NCBI RefSeq assembly: GCF_006345805.1
Contig: NC_043019.1
Location: forward strand, 22,815,360-22,879,359
Direction: 5' to 3'
DNA from: Octopus sinensis
Taxonomy: Eukaryota
DNA: 64,000 bases
Each line of letters begins with the position of its first letter. Position 1 is the stretch's first letter. Both the position numbers and the translations under genes were made by a program. The notes below the pieces were generated by a model. It searched no databases, was not told the DNA's origin, and worked only from the letters and a program-made list of their open reading frames with translations. Below are positions 36,581-50,304 of the stretch, piece by piece.

Positions 36581-38467
36581 TTATATATATCACATACGTT
36601 TAGAGTGAGTTAAGCAAAAATCAATTAAAGATAATGTTAGCAAATGGGAAAGCATTAAAACAATCCATAAAACATACAAACACACAAAATAAAAACACAT
36701 TAAGAACCATCTAAAATATACATGCACACACATCCATACACACTAAAAAGATTAGTAAAATACATACATATATGCACAGAGATTAAGTAATAACTAAAAT
36801 ACATACACACGCATACTCATTAACAAATAATTAAATATACACACACATTAGGAAATAAATACATACACACACACAGTAAACAATAACTAAAACACATATG
36901 TAAACATACACATGTATCAAGAACTAAAACATACATCCACATACATTAAAATACACACATAACTCTAATACATACACACACACTCACATTGGCTTCTAAT
37001 TTTGGTACAAGGCCAGCGAGTTCAGGGGAGGGGTAAGTCAATTACACTGACCCCCGTGCGTAACTGGTACTTATTTTATTGACCTTGAAAGGATGAAAGG
37101 CAAAGTCAATCTTGGAAAAATTTGAACTCAGAACATACAGACAGACGAGATGCCGCTAAGCATTCTGCCTGGAGTGCTTGGCAATTCTGCCAGCTCACCA
37201 CCTTAAATACACACACAGACTCAGATTTCAAATTTTGGCACAAGGCCAGCAATTTCACAAGAGTGAATGAATCAATTACGTCAACCCAATACTCAACTGG
37301 TACTTATCGATTCCGAAAGGATAAAAAGCAAAGTCTGCTTCAATGGAATTTGAACTCGAAATGTAAAGACAGAGGAAATACCGCTAAGCATTTTACCCAG
37401 TACAGTAAATACACACACACACACACACATGCATTAACAAACAATTTCCGCAAATACTTCCACATTGCTACTTAACTATGTGGAACACATAAAAAAAATT
37501 GTAGTCAAGTTCCTCTAATTTCGAAGACGTGTTTTAAAGTTTTTGATCATGAAACAATACGAAAAAAAAAAAGAACATTATAAACTATTGATAATGTAGC
37601 CAACACCACAAAAAAAAACAAAAGCAACAACTATGCCGTCATCCTACAGAACTTTAAAAAAAAAAAAAAATTAGCAAAAAATAGAAAAAAAAAAACGGAA
37701 GGGAAAAGCTACCAGAAACTCACAAACACATACAACTAAAATAAAAAGCTAAAACAAAAGAAATCACCAAATTTACGTCTAGGAAAATTACACAACAAGC
37801 CAGGTTATGTTGTTTTGACATTTAACTATATATTTGTGTGTGTGTGGATTAGCCGATTAACATAGTTTGGGTGACAGCTATAGTGGTAGTGCTGGTGGTG
37901 ATGATGCAGGTAGTTTTGATTGTGGTGATGGCTATGGTGGTAGTAGTGGTGGTTAAGTTGGTGTGCTGCTAAAGGTGATAGTGATGGCAGTCAGCAATGG
38001 TGGTTACGAGGCTTGCATTTTCTGTTGTTCTTTTATTTTGTGTTGCAGGCTCCATCATCATCATCATAAGGAGGAGATGGAGATGAAAGAGAAAAAAGAG
38101 AAGGAAGAAAAAAATGAGAAGACGATAACGACGATGATGGTAACAATGACTGGGAGGATAAAGTTATTCCTCAGACCAGGATACTTGCAACAGAATGGAA
38201 ATGCACCCAAGGCCCAGAAACTGATGTTGAATCAGGTGACAGATGAAGTATTTTCTCAAAAAAAAAAGGGATGGTTCCTCTATTGATTGTCCTTCCCTCT
38301 GAAGTGCTTTCTTCAGTTTTCATTGGTCAATCCAAGGGTGTGGAAAAAAAAGATGCTTGCCCAAGTTGACGTGTAATGAGATTAAACTCAAAAACTATGG
38401 AGTTACTAAGTAAACCTCTTAACTGAACAGCAATGTCAATACTCATTTGCAATTACCAGCAAAATAT

Positions 38468-38890
38468 CAGGTGTGGCTGTGAGGTAAGATGCTTGCTGCC
38501 CAACCACATGGCTCTGGGTTCAGTCCCACTGCATGGCACCTTGGGCACATGCCCTCTATTACAGCCTCTCAAGCCAACCAAAGTCCTGTGAGGTGGATTT
38601 GGTAGACGAAAACTGAAAGAAGCTTGTCACACACACACACACACATGTGTGTGTATATATTTATGTGTATGTATCTTTGTGTCTGTGTTTGTTCCCCGCT
38701 CACTGCTTGCCAACCGGTGTTGGTGTGTTTATGTCCCTATAACTTAGCAGTTTGGCAAAAGGGTACAATAGATTAGGTACTAGGCTATAAAAAATAAGTC
38801 CTGTGGTTGATTTGTTTCACTAAAACCCTTCAAGGTGGTGCTCCAGCATGGCTGCAGTCACATGACTGAAACAAGTAAAAGAATAAGAAA
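38468..38890 (+). mobile_element. Family B SINE (older)
   Basis: Family B head, CORE-like motif and tail. Confidence 0.8.
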
Positions 38891-39447
38891 ATAAAGCACA
38901 TCAAGGAAGATTGCTGTTGTTGTTGTTGCTGTCTAGCCTCCTCCTCTAAATCATCCTTCATTTAACAGGAGATGCGGGAGGCTGCATAATGACAAGAGAA
39001 GCAGTGCTTGACTGCTCAACCTGCTAGAAACAGCAACCAAATTTCTCTCAAATTACACCATACCATCTTAACCTTTTGACACCTAAAAGACTTCCAATAC
39101 ACTCTGTAGAGTGGTTGGCATCCAGCCATAGAAACCAAGCCAAAACAGACGACTAGAGCCTGGTGTTGCTCTCCAGCTTTCAAGCTCCAGTCAAACTGTC
39201 TAACACATAAAAGGCACTCATGCCAGTGACACGTAAATGGCTGATGACACATAAGAGACACCCAGTACACTCTGTATAGAGGCTGCTATTAGGAAGGGCA
39301 CCCAGTTGTAGAAACCAAGCCAAAATAGATGACTGGAGCCTGGTGCAGCTCTGTAGCATACCAGTTACAGTCAAATCATTTAACCCATGCCAGCATGGAA
39401 AACCTGTTAAATGATGAGATCAAATGGACATTAAATAATAATGATGA

Positions 39448-39764
39448 TGTGCCGGTGGCACGTAAGAGAACCATCCGAACGTGGCCATTGCCAGCGCCGC
39501 TCCGACTGGCCTCCGTGCCGGTGGCACGTAAAATGTACCATCCGATTGTGGCCGTTGCCAGCCTCATCTGGCCCCCGTGCCGGTGGCACGTAAAAAGCAC
39601 CCACTACACTCACGGAGTGGTTGGTGTTAGGAAGGGCATCCAGCTGTAGAAACACTGCCAGATCAGACTGGGCCTGGCGCAGCCTTCTAGCTTCCCAGAC
39701 CCCAGTTGAACCGTCCAACCCATGCGAGCATGGAAAACGGACGCTAAACGACGATGATGATGAT
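39448..39764 (+). mobile_element. Family C SINE-like element (young)
   Basis: Three GTGCCGGTGGCACGTAA units, core and (GAT)n tail; placed directly after the tail of an older copy. Confidence 0.8.
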
Positions 39765-40007
39765 AACAACTAACAGGATCATGATACTGAACAGGTAACC
39801 TTGGGTAAGCCTGATGTATGTTAATGTGTTCAGTAATGAAGAGGTGAAACAGAACACCCTGAGTAAAGTGTTCCTGAGTTCTGAGCAAGGAGAAAAAAAG
39901 ATGGAAGGTCACAACTGAAATGTTGATGATCATAATTCTGTTCAAATAGAGCTGACCTGGGAAGTGGGGCTAGTTTAAAACAACAACAACAACAACAGAA
40001 CTAAATA

Positions 40008-40600
40008 TATTTCTTTACTACCCACAAGGGGCTAAACAGAGAGGGGACAAACAAAGGGATTAAGTCGATTACATCGACCCCAGTGCGTAACTGGTACTTA
40101 ATTTATCGACCCCCCCGAAAGGATGAACGGCAAAGTCGACCTCGGTGGAATTTGAACTCAGAACGTAACAGCAGATGAAATACCTATTTCTTTACTACCC
40201 ACAAGGGGCTAAACACAGAGAGGACAAACAAGGACAGATATAGGTATTAAGTCGATTACATCGACCCCAGTGCGTAACTGGTACTTAATTTATCGACCCC
40301 GAAAGGATGAAAGGCAAAGTCGACCTCGGCGGAATTTGAACTCAGAACGTAACGGCAGACGAAATACCTATTTCTTTATTACCCACAAGGGGCTAAACAT
40401 AGAGGAGACAAACATGGACAGACATAGGTATTAAGTCGATTATATCGACCCCAGTGCTTAACTGGTACTTAATTTATCGACCCCGAAAGGATGAAAGGCA
40501 AAGTCGACCTCGGCGGAATTTGAACTCAGAACGTAACGGCAGAAGAAATACCGCTAGTCATTTCACCCAGCGTGCTAAAGTTTCTGCCAGCTCGCCGCCT
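40008..40600 (-). mobile_element. Family A SINE head-to-tail trimer
   Basis: One head (40530-40600) and three bodies; junction GAAATACCTATTTC at 40177-40190 and 40361-40374. Confidence 0.9.
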
Positions 40601-41039
40601 TTTGACAAGACCCTTCAAGGCAGTGCTCCAGTATGGCCACAGTCTAATAACTGAAACAAGCAAAAGAGAGTCATTGACACACATAACCTCTTTCCTTTTA
40701 CACATGACTTTTGATGATTAAATAGACAACATACACACAAACAATGTTGTTGATCTCCAAATAAGTTCTTACCCCAGTATTGTTCCTGGGAGCTAAATAT
40801 AGCGTCATATACATAACAAACAGAAGCTCATTGACCTTGAAGCTGTGTAAATTACGCACAACTTAAAATAGGCAACTAGGAAAGAAGTTTGCATCAAAAC
40901 AGTAGTAAAAAGGAATACTAAAAGCAAACTACTTTTCATACTATATTCAACGATTAATTGGTTCTCCAATTTTTATTATGCACACTAAATATGTGTATAG
41001 GATTACCCACAAATTCTGAATTTTCGTTTATATATGCTG

Positions 41040-41390
41040 TGCCTGCAGAGGACATGCAAAAGCTTGTAAGAAATGAGGCTAAAATGCTCTGCTGGGTGTG
41101 CAATGTCAGTGTGCATGTAGGATAGAGTTTAAGTGTGTGAAGAGAAAAACTGGGTATAAGAAGCATCAGATGTAGTGAGCAAGAGAGAAGACTGTGCTGG
41201 CATGTTCATGTGATGTGTATGGATGAGGAGAGCTGTGTAAAGAAGAGATGATCTCTAATCATGGAGGGAACCTATGGAAGGGTTAGACCCAGGAAGATGT
41301 GGTACGAGGTGGTGAAATATGATCTTTGGTTGTTGAGCTTCACAAAGTCATTAACAAGTGACTGAGGTGATTTGCTGTGCTTTGGAAGAG
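41040..41390 (+). mobile_element. Decayed 3' fragment of an RTE-clade LINE
   Basis: Translates to HVM.MDEESCVKK..MEGTYGRVRPRKMWYEVVKYDL, matching the RTE C-terminal GRPRKxW motif; a related minus-strand piece lies at ~43190-43325. Confidence 0.65.
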
Positions 41391-41648
41391 ACATCAAAAG
41401 CACCCATGCCGGTGGCACGTAAAAGGCACCTGTGCTGATGGCATGTAAGAGACACCCAGGACACTCTGTAAAGAGGATGGCATTAGGAAGGGCATCCAGT
41501 CATAGAAACCAAGCCAGAACAGATGACTGGTGCTTGGTGCAGCTCTCTGGCTTACCAGTTATAGTCAAATCATCTAGCCCATGCCAGCATGGAAAATATA
41601 CGTTAAATGGTGATGATGATATATGTGTGTGCATGTCCACATTATATA

Positions 41649-41683
<35 letters not shown>

Positions 41684-42012
41684 ATAATAATATTAGGGAG
41701 TATATCCAAACTTACAGTATACATTTATTTCACAGTATATCTCTAATTTAATTTATATTTATATATATATAGAAAGAGAGAGAGAGAGTTATCTATGTAT
41801 GACATTTAATGTATATACACTATTGAAGGGCTTGATTCATGAGAAAAATCAAATTCAATTCAGTCACCGCTATAATGTTTGCCTTGCTTCTGATAAATAT
41901 TGTGCTTTTATCAAAACATATCTACCAAGAGGATTTCCTCTCAGACAAATAGCAGTCTCTCAGTTAAATATGATACACAGAGAACAATTGTAATTTAATA
42001 CTGTTCCAACTT

Positions 42013-42047
<35 letters not shown>

Positions 42048-42163
42048 CACACACACACACACAGATATAAATGCAGGCATGCTTATGTGGTACTTGCTTC
42101 TCAGTCACATGGTTTGGTGGCCAGTTTCGCTGTGTGACACCTTAGGCAAATATCTTCTATTAA

Positions 42164-42384
42164 CCCTTTCGATACCCACCTGCCTGAAACCGCCTCTGAT
42201 TCTGTAGTACAAATGTCTTGTTTTCAAAAGTTCTGAATTAAAATCTTCCACTAAACCTTAGTCACAATTTATGTTCCTAACACTAGCTTAACGATAACTA
42301 AGTTATTTTACTAAATTCACTGTTGTATTTAAAATAATTGAAAGAAACACAGAGCACCTCAAAATAAATATGGTAACGAAAGGG
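42164..42384. mobile_element. piggyBac-type MITE, second family
   Basis: TTAA|CCCTTTCGATACC...GGTAACGAAAGGG|TTAA. Confidence 0.85.
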
Positions 42385-42561
42385 TTAAACTAGTTGTTCC
42401 CAACTATGGTCTATATGGCACTTGGGGGTCCATGTAAGACTTTGTTGTTAAAATTTATATGTAATAAATTGCTTATGCTTCTAGAATACACTAAATATTT
42501 GGATTTTTTAATATAAATTCTAATAATATTTAATAATAGAAATACAGCAGGATTTTTTTAA

Positions 42562-42780
42562 CCCTTTAGTGTTCGCATTATTCTGCCAAAATTAATGCTT
42601 CTTCATCCACATTGTTTTGAACTAATCATGCATTATCTTGTAGCTACGAGATTTTGATGAGGTAACTTAATTTTTTAAACAATATTGTAGGGTTGGTGTG
42701 AGAGACCAGATCTGGCCAGTTTGAACATAAAACAGGTAGAATATTTTTGGCCGGATATGGCCGGTTTAAATGCTAAAGGG
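42562..42780 (-). mobile_element. piggyBac-type MITE nested in a hAT MITE (~42390-42872)
   Basis: TTAA flanks; reverse-complement homologue of 16612-16832. Confidence 0.85.
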
Positions 42781-44469
42781 TTAAACACTTAATGATTATG
42801 AGGGTTCGCCAGATTCAGATAAGAATTAAAGGGGTCCAGAGATAAAAAAAAAATGGCTGAGAACCGCTGTACTGAAGCATTCCTTATCATTGTTTAACAT
42901 CCATTTTTCATGCTGGCATGGGATGGACAGTTTGACAGGAGCTGGTCAGCTGGAGAGCTGGCCAGACTACAATTGTGTTTTGACATGGTTTCTACAGCTG
43001 GATGGCCTTCTTAATGTCAATCACTTTACAGAGTGTACTGGGTGCCTTTTATGTGTCACTAGCATGGGTGTATTTACGTAGCACTGATATGTGTGCATTT
43101 TATGTGTTACTGACACATGCAAGGCAAAGACCTCACAGCTAGGAGACGGAGAGGATGCATGGCCATCGAGGACATACCTGTATGTATGGATGGCCAAGGG
43201 GTTTACTTAGCTTGATGTCTTCTCAAGTACAGTAAAATCACCAGAAGTCCTGGTCACTTATCATCTCCTCAGTGAGGCCCAGCATCTGAAGTTCCTTTCT
43301 CACCACTTCATCCCATGTCTTCAGCCTTATGAGTGGATTTGGCAGACAGGAACTAAAAGAAGTTTGTCATGTGTGTGTATGTATTTGCATTTCCTTATAT
43401 TAAGCACTGATTGTCTTGTGATGACAAGATAATCACTGTTTGTATAATGTTAGCATCATTCATATATAAGTAGTGTTGTTTGATGCTAATCTTTTGCAAA
43501 AACATGTCCAGCTAAGGAGAAATATTACTTTGATTAGAAACAGGTGAAAATTGGCAACAGGAAGGGCATCTGGCCATAGAAAAAGTTACCTTAACAAACT
43601 CCATCTGATTCATGGAAGCATGGAAAAGCGAACATTAAAACGATGATGAAACAATGAAGAGACACATGAAAATCTCCGGCACTTTCCCCAGACACCTGGC
43701 AAAGGAAGGCCCTATGGCATGGTGAATGGTACTGACTGCTGAAGCTCATAATTCCAGCCACTGAGGAGAAACAAGAGAGACAATGAAAGAGCACTTGAGA
43801 GGCATCATTTCTCTGTTGCATCAAGTAGATTCATCTGCAGCAGATATCATCATCACTGCAGATCAAGAGCAGGTTTTGTAGACTACATGTGAACCTAACA
43901 GAGATGATTACTGAACAGTCAACATCAACCTGTGACAGACAGTGGAAGAAGAATACACACACACACATTTATATATATCAAATTAAATGCACAACCGAAA
44001 GAGCTACTAATAGTTTCATACTATTATGATACCTGAACAGGCATATCTATAAAATATGGCATGCATCTTCAAGCAATCTTTCAGGCTCTGTTTATGTTTT
44101 ATATATATATATTTATATATATTGCAGACAAGACTGTACTTGAGCCGGTGCAACCCACTACAGGTGAATGAATACACAAACATAATATCAGTTTCAAAAT
44201 TTGGCAGAAGACCAGCAGTTTTGGGGGAGGGTAAGTTGATGAAATCAACCTCAAAGTGTGTGTGTGTACACACACACACACACACACAAAATAGGGTTTT
44301 CATGTATCTACCAGATTTACTCGAAAAGCTTTGAACAGCCCAAGACTATAATAGAAGATTCTTGCCTAAGATGCCATGCAATGGAACTGAACCCAAAACC
44401 ATATTGTTACATGGCAAGCTTCTTAAGCCCACACCCATGCCTTTACCACTGTGTATATATATATATATA

Positions 44470-45355
44470 TAGGGTGAGGTGAATAAACTTTCATCTAAAT
44501 TATGCAAAAATGAAAATAACACTGATATCTCATTTTAACAGATATATTTAGCAAAATTACATTAAAATATCTTGAAATACTAAAGAGTAAATTTATTCAA
44601 TAAAATCGCCATTGGCTTCAACCATGGTCCCCAGACAGCTTTGGAATCTCCTGCAACTCTTCTGGACAGTCCCTTTATTTAAGTTGGTGAATGCTACCAT
44701 AATTCTTGCCTTCAGTTCATCTTTGGTGTCACAAGTAGTTTTGTTGATTTCTTGCTCAACTGCACCCCACACATAATAATCAAGGGGGTTGCAGTCTGGA
44801 GAGTTAGGTGGCCAAATGTTGGGGGTGATGTGGTTGCAGAAAATGTCTGACAGCCATGACTGGGTCCTCCTGCTTGTGTGGCATGGTGCAGAGTCCTGTT
44901 GCGAGACATAGGGTCTTCCAGCAGCAGCTCTCTTCACCCAGCGCAGCACTACCTCCTCCAGGCACTTGATGTGGGCCTGCATGTTGAGTCTGAGGCCATG
45001 TGGGAAGATGAATGCAGGCATAGTGTTGCCAACACTAGTAATCACTCCAAACACCATGATGTTGACAGGATGTTTGATTTTTATCACTCTTTGCACATGT
45101 CTTCAGACTGCTTTGTCCTCAGATTGACAGTCAAACACTCTGAAGTGTTCACATTGAAGCTTCTGGTGCAAATGCCAAGCAGTACAGCATGTCATTTCCA
45201 AATTTCTGGCAGTGAATTGCATCATGGTGCTGTTTTTCTTAAAGACGGTGCCCAACTGACCCTACTATAGTGTGTAGTCGACAAAATCAAAAACAAACAA
45301 TGTACATGAGCGAAATTGAAAATATAACATGGCGACAATTTACCCATTGTACTCT
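44470..45355 (-). mobile_element. Internally deleted maT (DD37D) Tc1/mariner transposon
   Basis: ORF 44593-45096(-) contains QQDSAPCH...WPPNSPDCNPLDYYVWG with 37 residues between the last two catalytic Asp; both ends resemble (T/C)AGGGTG TIRs; the region with the first Asp is deleted. Confidence 0.92.
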
Positions 45356-45371
45356 GGATGGATGGATGATG

Positions 45372-45402
<31 letters not shown>

Positions 45403-47409
45403 GGGGCTACAAAGATAGAATTAGAAAAAGCTATAAGAGATATAAATGTGTGACCTATACCAGTACTAATCACTCACTAACAACAGCATTGTGAAAATAT
45501 CGAACATACCACTGTAGAAAAGCACTTCCGTTATATTTCCAAAACTTCCCGCCATAAACAGGCAGTTTATCAATAAAAGAAAATCAAGCAAAAAACGTAA
45601 CAAAAGATATCAATAATCAAAAATCAAACCTAAAGCTTCTAAACTATTGTTTTATGCCATTTAGCCATGACGCATTACTGTTTTGGTTACCTTTTGGTTA
45701 TTTTGTGAATTAACAATTAGAAACACAAATGAAACATAACTAGACTATGGCCACCAGTAAAAAACATGTTGCACAGCTTAGTGGTTAAATCCTTTTGTTT
45801 TGGTAGAATTTCCCTTGAAAAATTATTGCTCATTTTATTTATTTATATATTTATACTGTGAAAGCGCATGGCTTGGTGGTTAAGGTATTCGGCTTATGGT
45901 TGTAAGGTCCTGCGTTCAATTCTTGGTGGTATATCATGTCCTTGAGCAAGACACTTCATTCCACATTGTTCCAGTTCATCCGGTTGGCAAAATCAGTTGC
46001 ACCTGTAATCCCAAGAGCCAACCTTGTCACATTTTGTGTCATGCTGAATCTCTCTGAGAACTATGTTAAACGTACATGTCTGTGGAATACACAGCCACTT
46101 GCACATTAATTTCATGAGCAGGCTGTTCTGTTGATTGGATCAACTGGAACACTCATCGTCAATCCCAATGAAGTCCCAGTGTATTTACATACTGTTCCTT
46201 CCACTTAGACATAGGGTCTCTTCTCCTTTCTGTTCTTTTTCTGTCTTGCAGTATTGTTAAGCTGTTGGCTGGACTGCTACCTTATTTGCTCTGAGTTCAA
46301 ATCCTCCTGAGGTCATCTTTACATTTTATCCTCTCAGGGCCAATAAGAAAAAAAACTTAGTGACCTCACTAGTGCTGGTATCACAAAAAACAAAAGCTCC
46401 CAGTACACTCTGTACAGTGGTTGGTGAGCTGGCAGAAACGTTAGCACACCAGGCGAAATGCTTTGCGGTATTTCGTCTGCCACTACTTTCTGAGTTCAAA
46501 TTCCGCCAAGGTCGACTTTGCCTTTCATCTGTTCGGGGTCGATTAAATAAGTACCAGTTACACACTGGGGTCGATATAATTGACTTAATCCGTTTGTCTG
46601 TCCTTGTTTGTCCCTTCTGTGTTTAGCCCCTTGAGGATAGTAAAGAAATAGGTTGGTGTTAGGAAGGGCATCCAGCTGTAGAAACCAAGCCAAAATTGAC
46701 ATTGGAGCTTGACACAGCGCTGTGGCTCACTGGATCCTGTCAAACTACTCAGCCCATGCCAGTATGGAACAAGGACATTAAAAGATTTTAATAATAATAA
46801 TGAGCATCATCATCATTGCATTCAATCATTTCTATTGAGAAAGTATGATTTCCATATCAAGAAAAAAAAAAAGTTGATGCATTTTTTTTTTAAACATCAG
46901 TTTTTGTTTTCTAGGTTCCATGTTTCTACCATTGAATTCCCTGAACAAAAAAATGTAAATGAATATATAAATACATAAAACTATAACAAAACAACAGGAT
47001 TTAACCACTAAGCTGTGCAACATGTTTGTTACTGGTGGTCATAGCCTAGTTATGTTTCATTTGTGTTTCTAATTGTTAATTCACAAAATAACCAAAAGGT
47101 AACCAAAAAAGTAATGTGTCACGGCTAAATGGCAAAAAACAATAGTTTGGAAGTTTTAGGTTTGATTTTTGATTATTGATATCTTTTGTTGTTTTTTTAT
47201 ATTTTTTGCTTGATTTTCTTTTATTGCTAAACTGCTTGTTTGTGGCGGGAAGTTTTGGAAATATAACGGAAGTGCTTTTCTACAGTGGTATGTTCGATAT
47301 TTTCACAATGCTTCACATTGCTGTTATTAGTGAGTGATTAGTACTGGTATAGGTCACACATTTATACCTCTTCTAGCTTTCTCTAATTCTATCTTTATAG
47401 CCCTCTCTT

Positions 47410-47445
<36 letters not shown>

Positions 47446-47668
47446 ATGTGTGTATATATATATATGTATGTATGTATACACACACACACACAGGGTGCAA
47501 TGGGTAAATTGTTGCCATTTTATATTTTTAATTTTGCTCATGCACATTGTTTGTTTTTGATCTTGTCGACTACCCAGTATAGTAGGGTCAGTTGGGCACC
47601 ATCTGTGAGAAAACTAGCACCATGATGCAATTCACTCTGCCAGAAATTTGGAACTGACATACTGTACT
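45181..47668. repeat. Long inverted repeat (arms 45181-45802 and 46987-47668) with a SINE-filled spacer
   Basis: Collinear reverse-complement match over the mariner 5' end, the GA microsatellite and ~400 bp of other sequence (e.g. CATACCACTGTAGAAAAGCACTTCCGTTATATTTCCAAAACTTCCCGCCA vs TGGCGGGAAGTTTTGGAAATATAACGGAAGTGCTTTTCTACAGTGGTATG). Confidence 0.95.
46423..46650 (+). mobile_element. Family A SINE nested in a family C element
   Basis: GGTTGGTG is duplicated at 46419-46426 and 46651-46658, splitting the host's GTGGTTGGTGTTAGGAAGGG. Confidence 0.85.
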
Positions 47669-48806
47669 GCCAATTTGAACCATATACAGTGTTGCTGAGT
47701 TCAGACAACACAAAGAGCCAGAACAGACACCACAAGGCATCTCACCTCCGTCCTTTAAGAGGTCCATCAATCCATACCCTAGATTTACCTTTATTAATAT
47801 ATATCGAATTATACATAGGTATATACAAGATTTACACAGATATAAGAGTTAGATTCTGGGATCTGCCCATGGATCTTTCTCTTTGGAAATTTTAGCCTGC
47901 CACACTAAAAAAGTTTCTCCACCCATGTTTTAGACGGAAACAAGAAGAAGCCCATCATGTCTGTGTGTCTTTGCATTTCTCCCACACCACCACTTGACAA
48001 CTGGTGCTGGTGTGTTTGCATCCCCCAGAACTTAGCAGTTCAGCAAAAGAAACTGATAGAATAAGTACCAGGCTTAAAACGAAGAAAAAAAAAGCACTGG
48101 GGTTGATTTGCTCAACTAAATATTTGTCAAGGTGTTAAGATGCCCCAGCATGGCCACAGTCGTTAGACATGACTGAAACAAGGATGAAAGATAAAGCCTT
48201 TAATGTGGTGCTCCAGTATGGGCAATCCAGTGACTGAAAGAGATGATAAAAGATGATCATAGCTAGAACATCTCGGATCCAACAAGTCAAACAACACCCT
48301 TACCGCCCTTGCAGCTAACTCGTGATACGGGGGTGGGGAGTAGACAGGAACTAAACAACAACAACAGGTGTTTTATTTTTAGCCCAAAATTCACCTGACT
48401 TTTTTTATTGTGGCTTTATTCTTTGTTTTTCTATTTTATTTTATTTTCCTTTGAAGAAAACCTGTTGTCAACATGTAAGGGAGTGTGGATGGGTGGGTGT
48501 ATGTGTTGTTTATAAAACAACCGGCCAACAACCTTGCTAACCAACCAGCAAACCAGATACACCAAATTTGAATTTTCTCTAGTAAACCAATCGTCTACAT
48601 CAGGCCTGGGGCAACGCTGTGACGATGTGCTCGCATGACTTTCTGAACGACACAACAATGGAAAATTACCTTCAATGTTTTTTGCATAATATGACATACC
48701 TGATGATGGACCATGTGTTACAAGTGACCCACTTATCAAAAAAGATTGCCCATGCCCAGTCTACTAGATCTGCTAGAAATAGCAACTAAATCACTTTCAA
48801 ATCACC

Positions 48807-49219
48807 TCTCTTTACTCTCATTTACTCTTTTACTTGTTTCAGTCATTTGACTGTGGCCATGCTGGAGCACCACCTTTTAGTCGAGCAAATCGACCCCAGG
48901 ACTTATTCTTTGTAAGCCTAGTACTTATTCTATCGGTCTCTTTTGCCGAACAGCTAAGTTACGGGGACGTAAACATACCAGCATCGGTTGTCAAGCGATG
49001 TTGGGAGGGACAAACACATACACACACATATATATATATATATATATACATATATACGACGGGCTTCTTTCAGTTTCCGTCTACCAAATCCACTCACAAG
49101 GCATTGGTCGGCCCAAGGCTATAATAGAAGACACTTGCCCAAGGTGCCACGCAGTGGGACTGAACCCGGAACCATGTGGTTGGTAAGCAAGCTACTTACC
49201 ACACAGCCACTCCTACGCC
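48807..49219 (-). mobile_element. Family B SINE
   Basis: Full-length family B match. Confidence 0.85.
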
Positions 49220-49282
49220 TATTCTCATTAATAAAAAAAAAAAAATATTGTAATATTTTGTGTTGTTAGCTTGACACACAAC

Positions 49283-49770
49283 ATCATCATCACTATTATC
49301 TAACGTCCATTTTTCCATGCTTGGGATGGTTTGACAGGAGCTGGCCAGCTGTCCAGATTCCAATTATCCATTTTAGCATGGTTTCTGCAGCTGGATGCCT
49401 TTCCTAATGCCAACCATTTTACAGAGTGTACTGGGTGCTTTTTATATGGCACTGGTATGGATGTTCTTACATGCACTGGTACAAGTGTTTACTACATGGC
49501 ACCAGCATGGGTGCTTTTACGGGTGCTTTCTATGTAGTACTGGCACAGGTGTTTTACGCGACACCAACACAGGTGTTTCTTAGGTGCCACCAGCATGGAT
49601 GGTTTACTATGCAACACCAGCACAGGTGTTTTATATGGCACTAGCACAGGTGCTCTCCACGTGGCACCAATATGGGTGCTTCTTCCATGGCACCAGCTCA
49701 AATGCTTGTATGTGGCACTGGCATGGGTTACTTTCCACATAGCACCAACATGGGTGCTTTTAAGTGGTAC
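49283..49770 (-). mobile_element. Family C element with an expanded, degenerate ~22-24-bp internal repeat array
   Basis: Tail and core at 49283-49435, then many TGGCACCAGCATGGGTGCTTTT-like units. Confidence 0.75.
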
Positions 49771-49786
49771 AATATCAGAAATGTGG

Positions 49787-50089
49787 GGGCACATGGCCTA
49801 GTGGTTAGAGCAGTGGACTCGCGGTCAAGGGATCATTGGTTCAAATCTCAGACCAGGCGATGTGTCTGTTTATGAGTGAAACACCTAAGCTCCATGCAGC
49901 TCCGGCAGAAGGTAATGGTGAACTTCACTGACTCTTTCACCACAACTTTCTCTCACTCTTTCCTCCTGCATCTTGCAGCTCACCTGCGACGGACCGGCGT
50001 CCCGTCCAGGTGGGGAACCTATACGCAAGGAAACTGGGAAACCGGCCCTATGAGCCAGGCAAGGCTCAAGAAGGAACAAACAAACAAAC
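49787..50089 (+). mobile_element. Family D SINE (Deu-like domain)
   Basis: TGGCCTAGTGGTTAG A box, GGTTCAAATCTC B box, GACGGACCGGCGTCCCGTCCAGG segment and (AAAC)n tail. Confidence 0.8.
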
Positions 50090-50304
50090 TAGAATAACTT
50101 CTGATCAAAGACCCATCCAAGTGAAGATGACCCAGGAATAAACAATTACAAAAACAATTTCTTTCCTAGTTACCTTTTTTCTTTTCATTCAATATTCACA
50201 GACGTGAGGCTGAAGAGTGGATGTAATAAATACTATTTGATTTTCTCTTTATTCGTCTATATTACAACTGACATAATTTACTACACACACTCTTTATCGA
50301 TGTG

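Noticed and set aside
49435-49770. Regularly spaced ~23-bp repeats resembling a CRISPR array
   Set aside because: Degenerate tandem units without unique spacers, internal to a SINE-like element; eukaryotic context and no cas genes.
49787-49860. tRNA-like sequence with A and B boxes
   Set aside because: It continues into a SINE body and lacks a complete acceptor stem; this is a SINE head, not a tRNA gene.
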